Below are positions 1 through 10,912 of a stretch of 64,000 bases of DNA, piece by piece. Under the pieces are notes generated by a model. That model was not told the origin of the DNA. It did not search any database and saw only the letters and a list, made by a program, of their open reading frames with translations. Every line of letters begins with the position of its first letter. Position 1 is the first letter of the stretch. The DNA is from an uncultured Thiothrix sp. (GTDB taxonomy: Bacteria > Pseudomonadota > Gammaproteobacteria > Poriferisulfidales > GCA-002705445): the NCBI GenBank assembly GCA_902559815.1, contig CACEJE010000001.1:36465-100464 (forward strand), given 5' to 3'. The position numbers and the translations under genes were made by a program.

Positions 1-638
1 GCAACTGAGTTAATTTTTTTTATATCTTCAATGCAACTCACTCCTCCCGATGCTATTACAGGAATATTAATGTTTTTTGCAAGCATAGATGTTGCTTCAA
101 TATTCAGACCTTTCATCATTCCATCTTTTTCTATATCAGTATAAATAATTTCTGTTACACCAAAATTTTCAAATTTTTTTGATAACTCAAGTGCACTTAA
201 TTTTGACATTGAAAGCCAGCCGTCAGTCGCAACTTCCCCGTTCTTTGCATCGACTCCCACTGAAATTTGACCAGGGAACTTTTTACATAGCTCTTCAATA
301 AATTTAGGGTCTTCTACAGCTTTAGTGCCAATGATTATATAACTTGCGCCAGCTTTTATATATTTTTCTGCCGTTTCAAGATCCCTTATTCCTCCACCAA
401 TTTGTATTGGAATACTTTTAAATTTTTGACATATATTTGAAATAATGTCGATATTTACTGGATTTCCTAGTCTAGCACCATCCAAATCAACTAAATGCAG
501 TCTTTCAGCGCCATCATTTATCCATTTTTCTGCCATTTGCAGTGGATCTTTGTTAAATATAGTTTCCTTGGAAAAATCGCCTTGCTTTAATCTGACGCAT
601 TTACCATTTTGAATATCTATTGCAGGAATTATTACCAT
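1..638 (-). CDS. hisA: 1-(5-phosphoribosyl)-5-[(5-phosphoribosylamino)methylideneamino]imidazole-4-carboxamide isomerase (HisA), 3' end outside window
   Basis: The minus-strand translation from the ATG at 638-636 reads MVIIPAIDIQNGKCVRLKQGDF...LHLVDLDGA...GGGIRD. The start overlaps the hisH stop (TAATG). Order hisB-hisH-hisA. Confidence 0.85.
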   Translation of the reverse strand, partial: MVIIPAIDIQNGKCVRLKQGDFSKETIFNKDPLQMAEKWINDGAERLHLVDLDGARLGNPVNIDIISNICQKFKSIPIQIGGGIRDLETAEKYIKAGASYIIIGTKAVEDPKFIEELCKKFPGQISVGVDAKNGEVATDGWLSMSKLSALELSKKFENFGVTEIIYTDIEKDGMMKGLNIEATSMLAKNINIPVIASGGVSCIEDIKKINSV

Positions 639-1261
639 TATTTCATACCTATAAAATTTTTTAAAAATTGTAACCCTGTATCTGAGCTTTTTTCAGGATG
701 TCCCTGAATAGCAATAATATTATCTTTGGCAACAACGGAGCAAAAAATTTCTCCGTGTTTTGTTTCGCCTATAATAATTGATTTATCTTTTGGGTTTACA
801 TAGAAGCTGTGAACAAAATAAAAAAAAGCTTCTTGGTTAATTTTATTCCATATAGGGTGTTCAGTTCGATTTATTATTTTATTCCATCCCATGTGTGGAA
901 TTTTTATATTATTTTTTTTACTTGAGCTAAATTTTTTTACATCTCCTTCAATTAGCCCTAAACATTCTGTCCCATTATTTTCATCACTATTTTCCATTAG
1001 CACTTGCATTCCCATGCATATACCTAAAAAGGGCCTATCTGCTGAGTTCTTTATAATAAGATTTTTTATATTTCTTTCAAGAATTGATTGCATACAGTTT
1101 TTTGCAGCACCTTGTCCTGGAAAGATTATTTTATCAGCTGAGTCTATTACTTTTTGATCTGAAGATATAATAACTTTATCATTTGGCGCAACATATTCAA
1201 TAGCCTTTACTACAGAATTTAAATTACTCATTCCATAATCTATAATAGCGATCGTTTTCAA
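638..1261 (-). CDS. hisH: imidazole glycerol phosphate synthase, glutamine amidotransferase subunit
   Basis: 207 aa. Class I GATase motifs GICMGMQ and HSFY..QGHPEKS. Lies between hisB and hisA. Confidence 0.9.
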   Translation of the reverse strand: MKTIAIIDYGMSNLNSVVKAIEYVAPNDKVIISSDQKVIDSADKIIFPGQGAAKNCMQSILERNIKNLIIKNSADRPFLGICMGMQVLMENSDENNGTECLGLIEGDVKKFSSSKKNNIKIPHMGWNKIINRTEHPIWNKINQEAFFYFVHSFYVNPKDKSIIIGETKHGEIFCSVVAKDNIIAIQGHPEKSSDTGLQFLKNFIGMK

Positions 1262-1281
1262 TTTTTTTCGCCTTTTATATT

Positions 1282-1878
1282 TTAGAGAACACCTTTTGTA
1301 GAGGGCGGTTTATCTCCATTATTTAAAAAATCAATTTCTTTTGCGCTTCTGAAAGCTCTTCCAAACGCTTTAAAAATGGTTTCAGCAATGTGATGTCCAT
1401 TTTCCCCTTTTATATTATCAATATGTAAAGTAACCATTGCATGGTTGCAAAAGCCCTGAAAAAACTCGTGAATTAAATCAACATCAAAGTCATTTATATA
1501 CTGTCTTGGGTAAGACGCTGAGTACTCAACACCAGGTCTGCCAGAAAAATCTATTACTACTCTTGATAAAGCCTCATCAAGCGGAACATAGGCGTGACCA
1601 TACCTATTTATTCCTTCTTTACCGCCGATCGCTTTATTAAATGCTTGTCCTAGACAAATGCCAACATCTTCAACAGTATGATGTGCATCAACTTCCAAGT
1701 CACCTATAGCGTTAATTTTAAGGTCTATTTTGCCGTGTTTGCATATCTGTTCTAGCATATGCTCAAAAAAAGGCATGCCGGTGCTTATCTCGCAAATTCC
1801 TGTACCATCAATATTGAGCTCTAACTCAATATTTGTCTCGTTTGTTTTGCGTTTAATAGATGCTTTTCTTTTGCTCAT
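1282..1878 (-). CDS. hisB: imidazoleglycerol-phosphate dehydratase
   Basis: 198 aa. [25 protein letters not shown] and [16 protein letters not shown] are classic IGPD motifs. Confidence 0.9.
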   Translation of the reverse strand: MSKRKASIKRKTNETNIELELNIDGTGICEISTGMPFFEHMLEQICKHGKIDLKINAIGDLEVDAHHTVEDVGICLGQAFNKAIGGKEGINRYGHAYVPLDEALSRVVIDFSGRPGVEYSASYPRQYINDFDVDLIHEFFQGFCNHAMVTLHIDNIKGENGHHIAETIFKAFGRAFRSAKEIDFLNNGDKPPSTKGVL

Positions 1879-1939
1879 TATATGTAAAAATCTGTATTAA
1901 ATGTTGAGTATAATTAAAATTTTATACAATATACACTAA

Positions 1940-2827
1940 ATGATGATAATTAGCACAATACAAAAAATATGTCTTTTTTTACTTAGTTATTTGGGACTAT
2001 ATGGTTCTCATTTATTAGCTAGAATCATAGCACCAATGATCTTTCCACAAAACAGTAAAAAATTTAAAGTAACTTATAAAAATTTAAGAGTATGTTTTCC
2101 TGATAAGAACGAAAAATGGCTAAAACAAATGAGCAGATCTAGTTTAAAGGAGTATGCTAAATCATTATTAGAGTCTCCTTATATATATAGAATCTCAAGA
2201 AAACGTACAAACTCATTAATTAAAAAAATATATTCAGAAGATATTATAGAAAATGCCTTGTTACAAAAAAAAGGCATTATATTTATGACACCACACCATG
2301 GCTCTTGGGAGCTCAGTGGTTTATTTGCAGCAAGCAAAATAAAGACTTATGTAATGTACAAACCTTTAAGAAATAAATTCTTAGATAGTTATGTTTTTAA
2401 TGGAAGAAAAGCACAAGGATCGGTATTAGTTGCTACAGATAATAGCGGGGTTAAAGCATTGCTTAAAGCACTAAAAAATAATTATGCAGTAGGTATACTT
2501 CCAGACCATACTCCAAAAATTAACCAAGGTATAATGTCTAATTTTTATAATAACCCCGTTAATACAACATCATTAATCTATAAGTTAGCAAAAAAGAATA
2601 GGGTTCCTATAATTTATATTGTTGCTGAAAGACTTAATGATTCTTCTGGGTTCAATATTCATGTTGGTGAAGTTGATAAAGTATTTTATGATCTTGATGA
2701 GATTAAAGCTGCAGATTTGTTAAATAAGACTTTAGAGGAAATGATTAATAAAAATGTTAGTCAATATCTTTGGTCTTATGAGAGATTTCGAAATAGAGTC
2801 GGCGTTGAAGAAAGTATATATAAATAA
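1940..2827 (+). CDS. lipid A biosynthesis (Kdo2-lipid IVA) late acyltransferase, LpxL/HtrB family
   Basis: 295 aa with an N-terminal TM segment. H(X)4E acyltransferase motif PHHGSWE, plus GILPDH. Confidence 0.7.
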   Translation: MMIISTIQKICLFLLSYLGLYGSHLLARIIAPMIFPQNSKKFKVTYKNLRVCFPDKNEKWLKQMSRSSLKEYAKSLLESPYIYRISRKRTNSLIKKIYSEDIIENALLQKKGIIFMTPHHGSWELSGLFAASKIKTYVMYKPLRNKFLDSYVFNGRKAQGSVLVATDNSGVKALLKALKNNYAVGILPDHTPKINQGIMSNFYNNPVNTTSLIYKLAKKNRVPIIYIVAERLNDSSGFNIHVGEVDKVFYDLDEIKAADLLNKTLEEMINKNVSQYLWSYERFRNRVGVEESIYK

Positions 2828-2834
2828 TAAATTA

Positions 2835-4283
2835 TTATTTCTTCCAAAAATCAGGTATAAAAATAACAAGAAGTGTAAATATTTCTAATCTCCCAACAAT
2901 CATACTAAATGAAAGTATCCATTTATTTAAATCTGAGATATTTGCGTAGTTTAAAAGAACATCGCCTTGGCCAGGCCCAAGATTATTTATGGTTGCGGCA
3001 ACAGCAGAAAAAGATGTTGTAAAATCAAGACCTGATAACATTAATAAAAGCATTACTGAAATAAATACAAATACGTATATAGCAAAGAACCCCCATATAG
3101 TTTCTAATGTTCTTTCATTTATCGCAGTGTCGCCAATTTTTACTTTAATTTTTGAATTAGGGTGAATTAATCTTTTTAATTCCCTGTAACCTTGTTTTAC
3201 AAGAAGTATAACTCTTATAACTTTCATGCCACCTGCAGTTGAGCCAGCGCATCCACCAATAAAACTAAATAGAATAAGAAGAATTGGCAGAAAACCAACA
3301 TAATTAAAATAATTTGAATTTGTAAATCCAGTTGTAGTAGAAATTGAAACTACATAAAAAATATTACTTATAATTTCTCTAGAGCCTAAATTAGAAGATT
3401 TTCCTGAAATATAAATTATACTAATAATGGAGACAAGAATGATAAGAAATATAAAAAAATATGCTTCATTATTTTCTTTATAAGGTAATAAAGATTTATT
3501 TTTAAAAGCTAAGTAATGCAAACTAAAATTTAAACACGCTGCAATCATAAAAAAAATGGCAATTAATTCGATCCATTGGTTATTAAAAAAGCCAAAACTT
3601 TGATTGTGAGTTGAAAAACCACCAATAGCTATTGTTGAGAAGCTGTGGCATATAGAATCAAAAATACTCATTCCAGCGAAATAATAACTAATTGCGCACA
3701 AAAGAGTCATAGAAACATAAACTATCCATAGCCACTTGGCTGTTTCAGTTATCCTTGGAGTAATTTTATTTTTTATAGGGCCAGCTACTTCTGCTTTATA
3801 TAGTTGCATTCCACCAACTCCCAACATAGGCAATACTGCAACCGCAAGCACTATTATTCCAAGCCCACCCAGCCATTGAAGATATTGTCTGTAAAACAAT
3901 ATTGATTCTGGCAAAGAATCAATTTCATAAAGTATAGTCGCACCCGTCGTTGTTAATCCCGACACTGATTCAAATAATGCGTTGGTCAATGAAATATCTA
4001 GAGATTCACTTAAAATCATTGGCAAGGACCCAAATGCGCTAAGTACAAACCAAAATAAAACAACAATTATAAAGCCGTCTCTAAGTTTTAGATCAGTTTT
4101 AGCATTGATCGCAGGTAACCATAAAACTAAGCCAGAAACTAAAATTAATATAAAAGCATAGAAAAATGACCAAGTTTCATTATCTTCATAAATCAGGCTA
4201 ACAATAATTGGAGGAATTATAGCTAAGAAGCTGAAAAGTCCTAATAATAATCCTAGTATCCTAATTACAGATTTTATTTGCAT
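2835..4283 (-). CDS. trkH: Trk-type potassium uptake protein TrkH
   Basis: 482 aa polytopic membrane protein with repeated selectivity-filter-like TTTG/GGFS segments. Directly downstream of trkA. Confidence 0.85.
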   Translation of the reverse strand: MQIKSVIRILGLLLGLFSFLAIIPPIIVSLIYEDNETWSFFYAFILILVSGLVLWLPAINAKTDLKLRDGFIIVVLFWFVLSAFGSLPMILSESLDISLTNALFESVSGLTTTGATILYEIDSLPESILFYRQYLQWLGGLGIIVLAVAVLPMLGVGGMQLYKAEVAGPIKNKITPRITETAKWLWIVYVSMTLLCAISYYFAGMSIFDSICHSFSTIAIGGFSTHNQSFGFFNNQWIELIAIFFMIAACLNFSLHYLAFKNKSLLPYKENNEAYFFIFLIILVSIISIIYISGKSSNLGSREIISNIFYVVSISTTTGFTNSNYFNYVGFLPILLILFSFIGGCAGSTAGGMKVIRVILLVKQGYRELKRLIHPNSKIKVKIGDTAINERTLETIWGFFAIYVFVFISVMLLLMLSGLDFTTSFSAVAATINNLGPGQGDVLLNYANISDLNKWILSFSMIVGRLEIFTLLVIFIPDFWKK

Positions 4284-4288
4284 TATAT

Positions 4289-5632
4289 TTACTCAAACAG
4301 ATCTTCTATTTCTTTAACATCTTTTTTATTGACGAGACAGATTAATCTATCATTTTGTTCTAAAATTATTTTTGAGTAATCAAAAATAAATTCATTTTCT
4401 CTAATAATACAACATACGATAGTATTTTCAGATAAGTTTATTTGATTAATATTTTTTCCTAATATTTTTGATTCCTCTTTATCTTTTACATCAAGCTCAA
4501 GTAATTCAATAAAACCATTCATTAAAGAATGTGCTTTGAGTACGCTTCCTTTTCTAATATGTGTTAACAGAGCACCCATAGTCAGATTTTCTGGCGATAT
4601 TGTTATATCAATTTCTTGTTTTTCAACTAAATCCGAATAACTTAATTTATTTATAATTGATATAACAGTTCTTGCCCCAAGTTTTTTGGCTAACATTGCT
4701 GATAAAATATTTGCCTCATCATCATTAGTTAATGCACAAAAAACATCCATATGTTCTATATTTTCCTCTAAAAGTATGTCTTCATTTGAGGAATCAGCAT
4801 TTATTATTGTTACATCATCTACAACCTCAGATAAATATTCTGCTCTTTCTTCATTAGATTCTATTACTTTAACTTGGCAACTCTCATTTATACTTTCTGA
4901 TAAATGTTTACCAATATTTCCGCCACCCGCAATCATTATTCTTTTGTTTTCTTTTTTATAACCAAATAATTTTGTTACTTCTTTAATATTTTCCTCTTTA
5001 CATATAAATAGAAGCTCATCTCCGTCTTGTAAAATATCACCATCCTCTATAGAAAATAATTTATCATTTCTAATAAATGCACATATCTTAGAATTTAGTT
5101 TTTCACATTCACTTTGAAAATATTGTATTGTATTTTCTTGTTCAGAAATATCTTTATAAATAATATTTAAAAAGCAGTTTTCACTATTTGAAAAATTAAA
5201 AATTTGATGTGTTCCTTGGTTGCCAATAAGTTTTTTTATATAGCTTGATACAATCAGATCCGGGCTAATTGTAAAGTCGATAGGAGTTGATTCATCAGCA
5301 AAAAGATTTTCATAATTTAGATACTCTAAGTCTCTAATTCTTGCAATTTTCTTCCCAACGCCAAAGACGGTATAAGCTACTTGGCATGCAATCATATTTG
5401 TTTCATCGCTTTTTGATACGGCTACAATCATATCCGCTTTATGTGCACCAGCTGCTTCAAGAATTCTAGGGTGAGCACCGTTTCCGTGAATTGTTTGGAG
5501 ATCTATTTTATCAGCAATATTATCCAAAAGGTCAGCGCTTTTATCGATTAGCGTGACATCATTGCCTTCTTTCACAAGGTTAATTGATAATGAGCTTCCG
5601 ACTTGCCCAGCTCCAACGATAATAATTTTCAT
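4289..5632 (-). CDS. trkA: Trk system NAD-binding peripheral subunit TrkA
   Basis: 447 aa. Two Rossmann repeats, MKIIIVGAGQVG and IMIAGGGNIG (tandem RCK/KTN domains). Confidence 0.85.
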   Translation of the reverse strand: MKIIIVGAGQVGSSLSINLVKEGNDVTLIDKSADLLDNIADKIDLQTIHGNGAHPRILEAAGAHKADMIVAVSKSDETNMIACQVAYTVFGVGKKIARIRDLEYLNYENLFADESTPIDFTISPDLIVSSYIKKLIGNQGTHQIFNFSNSENCFLNIIYKDISEQENTIQYFQSECEKLNSKICAFIRNDKLFSIEDGDILQDGDELLFICKEENIKEVTKLFGYKKENKRIMIAGGGNIGKHLSESINESCQVKVIESNEERAEYLSEVVDDVTIINADSSNEDILLEENIEHMDVFCALTNDDEANILSAMLAKKLGARTVISIINKLSYSDLVEKQEIDITISPENLTMGALLTHIRKGSVLKAHSLMNGFIELLELDVKDKEESKILGKNINQINLSENTIVCCIIRENEFIFDYSKIILEQNDRLICLVNKKDVKEIEDLFE

Positions 5633-5680
5633 AATATATCTATATTATAATCCAAATTTATTGAATTAATAAATTTTTGT

Positions 5681-6613
5681 TTATTCAAATTTTTTTCCTT
5701 TAAAATCAAAAGAATTAATAAAGCTTTCTGAACTTATTATTTTTGAATTATCTCTTTGAAGCTTTTTTATAATTAATAGTCCGTTTTTTGTGAATACCTC
5801 TATATACTTATCTTTAGTTGATTTAATAGTTCCAGGTATTCCGTTGACTTCTAATTCTCTATATTCACTATCGTGGATCCTGATCCTTTCTCCAGCCAAG
5901 TTTGTTTCAGCTATGGGCCAAGAATTAAAAGCCATAATTTTTTTGTGTATGTTTTTTGCAGAATTTTCCCAGTTAATTTTTGCCTCACTCTTTTTAATTT
6001 TTTTTGCGTAAGTTGCAAGATTATTATCTTGAGGATGCAACATATAGTTATTTTCCATTATTGCATCAAGAGTTAGTAACAAAGAGTCAATGCCAATTGA
6101 TATAAATTTATTATGAAGAGTAATTGATGAATCATTTTCTTCAATTGCAACTGGCTCTTGGTAAATTATATCTCCTTTGTCTAACTCGTCTGTCATCTTC
6201 ATGATAGATATTCCAGAAAGTTGGTCGCCATATTCAATAGCCCTTTGAATTGGTGCAGCACCTCGCCATCTTGGTAATAAACTTGGGTGAATATTTATAG
6301 ACCCGTGTTTGGGCACCGCTATAAATTCTTTTGGCAGTATTAATCCATAAGCTACTACAACTAATATATCTGGGTTTATTTCTGATAAAGCATCTGTTTC
6401 TTTAATAGTAATTTCCTCAGGTTGTCTTATCTCTATACCATTAAGTTTTGCAATATTTCTTACAGGGCTATGATTAAATTTAAGCCCTCTGCCAGATCTC
6501 TTACTTGGTTGTGTAAAGACACAAGCAATTTCGTGTTTTGAATTAATTAAAGCGGAAAGATAGCTTTCTGCAAATTGAGGCGTCCCTGCGAACACGATTT
6601 TTAATTTATTCAT
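5681..6613 (-). CDS. fmt: methionyl-tRNA formyltransferase
   Basis: 310 aa. IVFAGTPQFA and INIHPSLLPRWRGAAPIQRAI. def-fmt operon order. Confidence 0.9.
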   Translation of the reverse strand: MNKLKIVFAGTPQFAESYLSALINSKHEIACVFTQPSKRSGRGLKFNHSPVRNIAKLNGIEIRQPEEITIKETDALSEINPDILVVVAYGLILPKEFIAVPKHGSINIHPSLLPRWRGAAPIQRAIEYGDQLSGISIMKMTDELDKGDIIYQEPVAIEENDSSITLHNKFISIGIDSLLLTLDAIMENNYMLHPQDNNLATYAKKIKKSEAKINWENSAKNIHKKIMAFNSWPIAETNLAGERIRIHDSEYRELEVNGIPGTIKSTKDKYIEVFTKNGLLIIKKLQRDNSKIISSESFINSFDFKGKKFE

Positions 6614-6625
6614 TTTAATTTGATT

Positions 6626-7174
6626 TTATATCGCTGATTTATAATTAGGCGTAGCTTTTCTTGATTTAAGCATACCGTCTTTTTTTAATTTTATAATTTT
6701 TTTTTCAATTCTATCTCTTTTTAAATTGGATAGATAATCAACAAAAAGTTTCCCATCCAGGTGATCAATTTCGTGCTGGATACAAGTTGCAAGTAATCCA
6801 TCAGCTTCGAGCTGTGTTTCTTCCCCTTTAAGATTTAAAGTTGAAACTTTGATAGATTTAGGTCGAGATACAGTTTCATAAAATCCTGGCACGGAAAGAC
6901 ATCCTTCTTCCATGGAATCCATTTCATTTGATAAAGAAATAATTTCGGGGTTTATTAAAAATATCTTCTCATCTTTATTTTCAGAAATATCTATAACAAT
7001 TATTCTTTTATGAATATTTACTTGGGTAGCAGCAAGGCCAATGCCCTTCTCCTCGTACATTGTAAAAAACATTTGATCAATAATATTCTTTATATTTTGA
7101 TCAACTTTATTTACTTTTTTTGCTTTTGTCCTTAATCTCTGATCAGGGAAATGTAAAACTTCTAGTTTTTCCAT
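6626..7174 (-). CDS. def: peptide deformylase
   Basis: 182 aa carrying the three PDF motifs [13 protein letters not shown] and HEIDH. Confidence 0.92.
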   Translation of the reverse strand: MEKLEVLHFPDQRLRTKAKKVNKVDQNIKNIIDQMFFTMYEEKGIGLAATQVNIHKRIIVIDISENKDEKIFLINPEIISLSNEMDSMEEGCLSVPGFYETVSRPKSIKVSTLNLKGEETQLEADGLLATCIQHEIDHLDGKLFVDYLSNLKRDRIEKKIIKLKKDGMLKSRKATPNYKSAI

Positions 7175-7375
7175 AATGCAATTACTAAAATTAATAAAAT
7201 TATATTAATTATACTCTTGTGATGATAATTGTGTAAAATTTAGCAAAAATAAAGTCCGAAACCTTAAGATTTTGACTAAATACAAACAATGTATTAATGT
7301 TAAAAAGTAAATGTGAGAAAAAAAGTCATAATTTAAATTTTTTTATTATAAATCAAATACTTAAGGATAAGCACT

Positions 7376-7852
7376 ATGAAAGAAACAATTTTAGATGTCT
7401 TAATGTTTATGTTTCAAAGTTATGTAGAAGATAATGAAGAGGTTGAGCTTGACAAAGAATCTTTACATAAAAACCTTTCTGATGCAGGATTTGCCGATCA
7501 AAATATTGAAAGAGCCTTTGCGTGGTTAGAAGGATTGCCAGGCGTGGATGATACATCATTAATAAATAAGCCTACAAATAATAGTTTTAGATTATTTAGT
7601 GAAGCTGAACACTTAAAAATTGGAGAAGAAGGTTTAAGTTTTTTAATGTTTTTAGAGAGATTGGGTATTTATAATAGTGAAATTAGGGAGCATGTTATGG
7701 ATAGAATAATGGCTCTGGATACTCAAAGTGTTGATTTAAGTCAAATAAGATGGGTTGTTCTAATGATATTATTCAATACACCAGGAAACGAGAGTAGCTA
7801 TACCTGGTTGCAGAATCTAAATTCAGAAAAGGCATTACCTTATATACACTAA
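7376..7852 (+). CDS. smg: Smg protein (DUF494)
   Basis: 158 aa. The N-terminus MKETILDVLMFMF...NLSDAGF...AFAWLEGL is typical of Smg, and the position upstream of topA fits. Confidence 0.75.
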   Translation: MKETILDVLMFMFQSYVEDNEEVELDKESLHKNLSDAGFADQNIERAFAWLEGLPGVDDTSLINKPTNNSFRLFSEAEHLKIGEEGLSFLMFLERLGIYNSEIREHVMDRIMALDTQSVDLSQIRWVVLMILFNTPGNESSYTWLQNLNSEKALPYIH

Positions 7853-7888
7853 TTAGAATAAATAATTTTTTAAGAATTAGGCTTGATT

Positions 7889-10330
7889 ATGAGTGAGAAT
7901 TTAGTAATTGTTGAATCACCAGCAAAATCAAAAACAATTGAAAAATATTTAGGTAATAACTTTCGAGTTATATCAACCGTTGGTCACTTAAGAAATCTTC
8001 CCTCAAAAGAGGGCATAGATGTCAGTAATAATTATAAGATGAATTATGAATTGATTGACAGGGACCATAATAAACCACAACAGATTATAAATGATATTAA
8101 GAAAGCTTTGAAAAATGCAAAAAAACTTTTCTTGGCAACTGACCAAGATAGAGAAGGTGAGGTAATAGCTTGGCATTTAATTGATATTCTTGAAAAAGAA
8201 AAAGTTTTAGACGGAATAAAAATTGAAAGAATTGTTTTTAATGAAATCACAAAAAAAGCAATAATGGATTCTATACAAAATCCAAGAGAACTTTCTTACG
8301 ATCTTATTAATGCTCAGTTTGCAAGAAGATCAATTGATTATTTGTTTGGAATGGGCATATCCCCATTACTATGGGGAATAGGAATTAGAAAAGGTTCCGC
8401 AGGAAGAGTACAAAGTCCAGCTTTAAAAATGATTATAGAAAGGGAGGAAGAAATAAGAAAATTTATTCCTCAGGAATATTGGACGTTAAATGCAAATTTT
8501 GCAAAAGATTCTAAGTTTTTTGATGCTTTTCTGCATACTAATGATAGTAAAAAACTCTCTAAGTTTGATATAAATAACGAAAATGAAGCTCTAAAAATAA
8601 AAACTGAAATTTTAGATAATAATAATAATGATTTTAAAGTTTTAAAGGTTATTAAAAAGCAAAGAAAAAGACAGCCAGCAAAACCTTTTATTACTTCAAC
8701 ATTGCAGCAAGAAGCTTCAAGAAAATTAGGATTTGCAGCAAGAAGAACAATGAGTGTAGCACAAGACTTGTATACTGGAATTGATTTGGGTGAAGGCCCT
8801 GTGGGTTTGATTACCTACATGAGAACTGATTCAATAAATTTAGCTCAAGAAGCTTTAGATGAAATTAGAGACATTATTCCAAAATTATTTGATAAAGATA
8901 CTTTGCCCGACGAAAAGAGGCAATACACCAATACGTCAAAAAATGCTCAAGAAGCTCACGAAGCAATAAGACCAACTTCTTTCTCTAGAACACCAAATGA
9001 TTTAAAGAAATTTTTAAATAAAGATCAATTTGAATTGTATTCATTAATATGGAAAAGAACAGTAGCCTCACAAATGAAAGATGCTATTTTAGATTCAGTA
9101 TCAATAGATATTGGTTCTAAAGAAAATTTTTTTAGAGCCTCTGGACAATCAATAAATTATGCTGGTTTTATGCAAGTGTATTTAGAAGGCACGGATGACG
9201 AAGATGCTGATGCTGATTCTAAAATATTGCCGGCAATGAATGAAGGTGATGTTGTCAAACTAGAGAAGTTAGATGCAATTCAGCATTTTACAAAACCTCC
9301 GGGAAGATATACAGAAGCAAGTTTAATAAAAAATTTAGAAAAAGAAGGTATTGGTAGACCTTCAACTTATGCTGCAATTATTGAGACACTTCGATTTAAA
9401 GAATATGTAGAAATTGAAAATAGAACGCTTACGCCAACAGGCAAGGGAGCTTCAGCTTGTGCTTTTTTAGATAAAAATTTTAATGATTTTATTAAATATA
9501 GTTATACGGCAGAGTTAGAAGAAACTTTAGATAAAATATCTAGAGGAGAATCAGAGTGGATACCAACTACAGATTCTTTTTATAAACATTTAACAAAAAT
9601 GGTTGGAGATACAGAAAAATTATCACCAGAGGAGAGAAAACAAGAAAGAGTATTAGGGGTTGATCCAAAAAGTGGAAGGACTGTAAGCGTTAGACACGGT
9701 CCGTTTGGTCCTCATGCAATGATTGGAACAAAAGATGATCCTAAGGAAGCAGGAAAACCAAAGTCTGCATCATTAAAAAAAGGTCAAGATATAAATACAA
9801 TTAACCTAGAGGATGCCTTAGAATTATTTGTATTACCACGACTACTTGGTGAAACTCCAGATGGTGAACATATAACTGCTTGCTTAGGAAGATTTGGGCC
9901 TTATTTAAATTATGGGGAAAAGAAAAACTTATCATTAAAAGGGCTTGAAAAAGAAGGTGATGACCCATTTGATCCTTACACTATTACGTTTGAGCAAGCG
10001 CTGCCATTAGTTGAACAGAAAAAAATTATTGAAGCTAATAAAATAATACAAAATTTTGAAGAATCAGAAATACAAGTACTTAATGGCCGTTTTGGCCCTT
10101 ATGTAACTGATGGCAATAAAAATGTGAAGGTACCAAAAGAACAAGACCCAAAAGACTTATCATTAGCAGAATGCGAAGAAATGATAAAAAATGCGCCACA
10201 GAGAAGGGGAAGGTTTGGAGCAAGAAAGAAAGCTGTAACAAAAAAAAAGGTAGCAAAAAAGAATAAAACTAATAAAACAAAAACAAGTAAAAAAAAAGCA
10301 CAAGATAGCAATATTGGAAATACTATTTAA
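7889..10330 (+). CDS. topA: DNA topoisomerase I
   Basis: Toprim start LVIVESPAKSKTIEKYLG, DxDREGE motif (DQDREGE) and active-site region GLITYMRTDS. C-terminal repeats GRFGPY and a Lys-rich tail. The ATG at 7889 is preferred over the TTG at 7883. Confidence 0.92.
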   Translation: MSENLVIVESPAKSKTIEKYLGNNFRVISTVGHLRNLPSKEGIDVSNNYKMNYELIDRDHNKPQQIINDIKKALKNAKKLFLATDQDREGEVIAWHLIDILEKEKVLDGIKIERIVFNEITKKAIMDSIQNPRELSYDLINAQFARRSIDYLFGMGISPLLWGIGIRKGSAGRVQSPALKMIIEREEEIRKFIPQEYWTLNANFAKDSKFFDAFLHTNDSKKLSKFDINNENEALKIKTEILDNNNNDFKVLKVIKKQRKRQPAKPFITSTLQQEASRKLGFAARRTMSVAQDLYTGIDLGEGPVGLITYMRTDSINLAQEALDEIRDIIPKLFDKDTLPDEKRQYTNTSKNAQEAHEAIRPTSFSRTPNDLKKFLNKDQFELYSLIWKRTVASQMKDAILDSVSIDIGSKENFFRASGQSINYAGFMQVYLEGTDDEDADADSKILPAMNEGDVVKLEKLDAIQHFTKPPGRYTEASLIKNLEKEGIGRPSTYAAIIETLRFKEYVEIENRTLTPTGKGASACAFLDKNFNDFIKYSYTAELEETLDKISRGESEWIPTTDSFYKHLTKMVGDTEKLSPEERKQERVLGVDPKSGRTVSVRHGPFGPHAMIGTKDDPKEAGKPKSASLKKGQDINTINLEDALELFVLPRLLGETPDGEHITACLGRFGPYLNYGEKKNLSLKGLEKEGDDPFDPYTITFEQALPLVEQKKIIEANKIIQNFEESEIQVLNGRFGPYVTDGNKNVKVPKEQDPKDLSLAECEEMIKNAPQRRGRFGARKKAVTKKKVAKKNKTNKTKTSKKKAQDSNIGNTI

Positions 10331-10333
10331 TTT

Positions 10334-10912
10334 ATGGCAAATATCCTAGATCTTAATGATAGAAAAAAATGTGAAGAGTTTAAAATAGCATTTAATAAGG
10401 GTTCAATTTTTGCATATCCAACAGAGGCTGTATTTGGCTTGGGCTGTGATATTAATAATATTTCTTCAATTAAAAGAATTCTAGATATAAAAAAAAGAAA
10501 TGAATCAAAAGGCTTGATAGTAATATCTGACAATTTTGAAAAAATAAGGGATTTAATAGACGCAAGATATCACGATCTTTTTTTACAAAATTGTAAAGAT
10601 GCAACTCCGACAACTTGGTTGTGTCCCGCAAGCAATAAAACGTTAGCAGAAGTAACTGGAGGAGGGAATAAGATAGCTATAAGAATAACAAAACATCCAG
10701 TCTGCATTAGTATATGTAAACTCTTGCAACAACCAATTATTTCAACTAGTGCTAATATTTCTGGTGAAAATCCTACAACTACATTCGATGAAACTTTAAA
10801 AATTTTTAATGAAAGTGTAGATTTTATTATTAACGATTCAGTTGGAATAAATAAAAAACCTTCAAGAATATTGGATTTATTGACAAACAAAATTCTAAGG
10901 ACCGGGGGATAA
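10334..10912 (+). CDS. tsaC: L-threonylcarbamoyladenylate synthase (YrdC/TsaC type)
   Basis: 192 aa. FAYPTEAVFGLGCD and STSAN motifs of the YrdC/Sua5 domain. Confidence 0.8.
   Translation: MANILDLNDRKKCEEFKIAFNKGSIFAYPTEAVFGLGCDINNISSIKRILDIKKRNESKGLIVISDNFEKIRDLIDARYHDLFLQNCKDATPTTWLCPASNKTLAEVTGGGNKIAIRITKHPVCISICKLLQQPIISTSANISGENPTTTFDETLKIFNESVDFIINDSVGINKKPSRILDLLTNKILRTGG

Noticed and set aside
891-1157. This and many other short ORFs in the track lie antisense to long, well-supported genes. Examples: 1437-1640, 4686-4961, 5790-6076, 8044-8250, 10099-10533, 10570-10890, 16354-17042, 24458-24889, 31520-32230, 33167-33670, 38604-38849, 46254-46580, 50380-50685, 60460-61131.
   Set aside because: They overlap genes that have clear family motifs on the other strand. 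Their products are low-complexity or hydrophobic artefacts of AT-rich codon complements. None has its own RBS or family signature.
10190-10330. A-rich low-complexity tract at the end of topA.
   Set aside because: It encodes a Lys-rich C-terminal tail in frame with TopA, a common basic-tail variation. It is not a separate feature.
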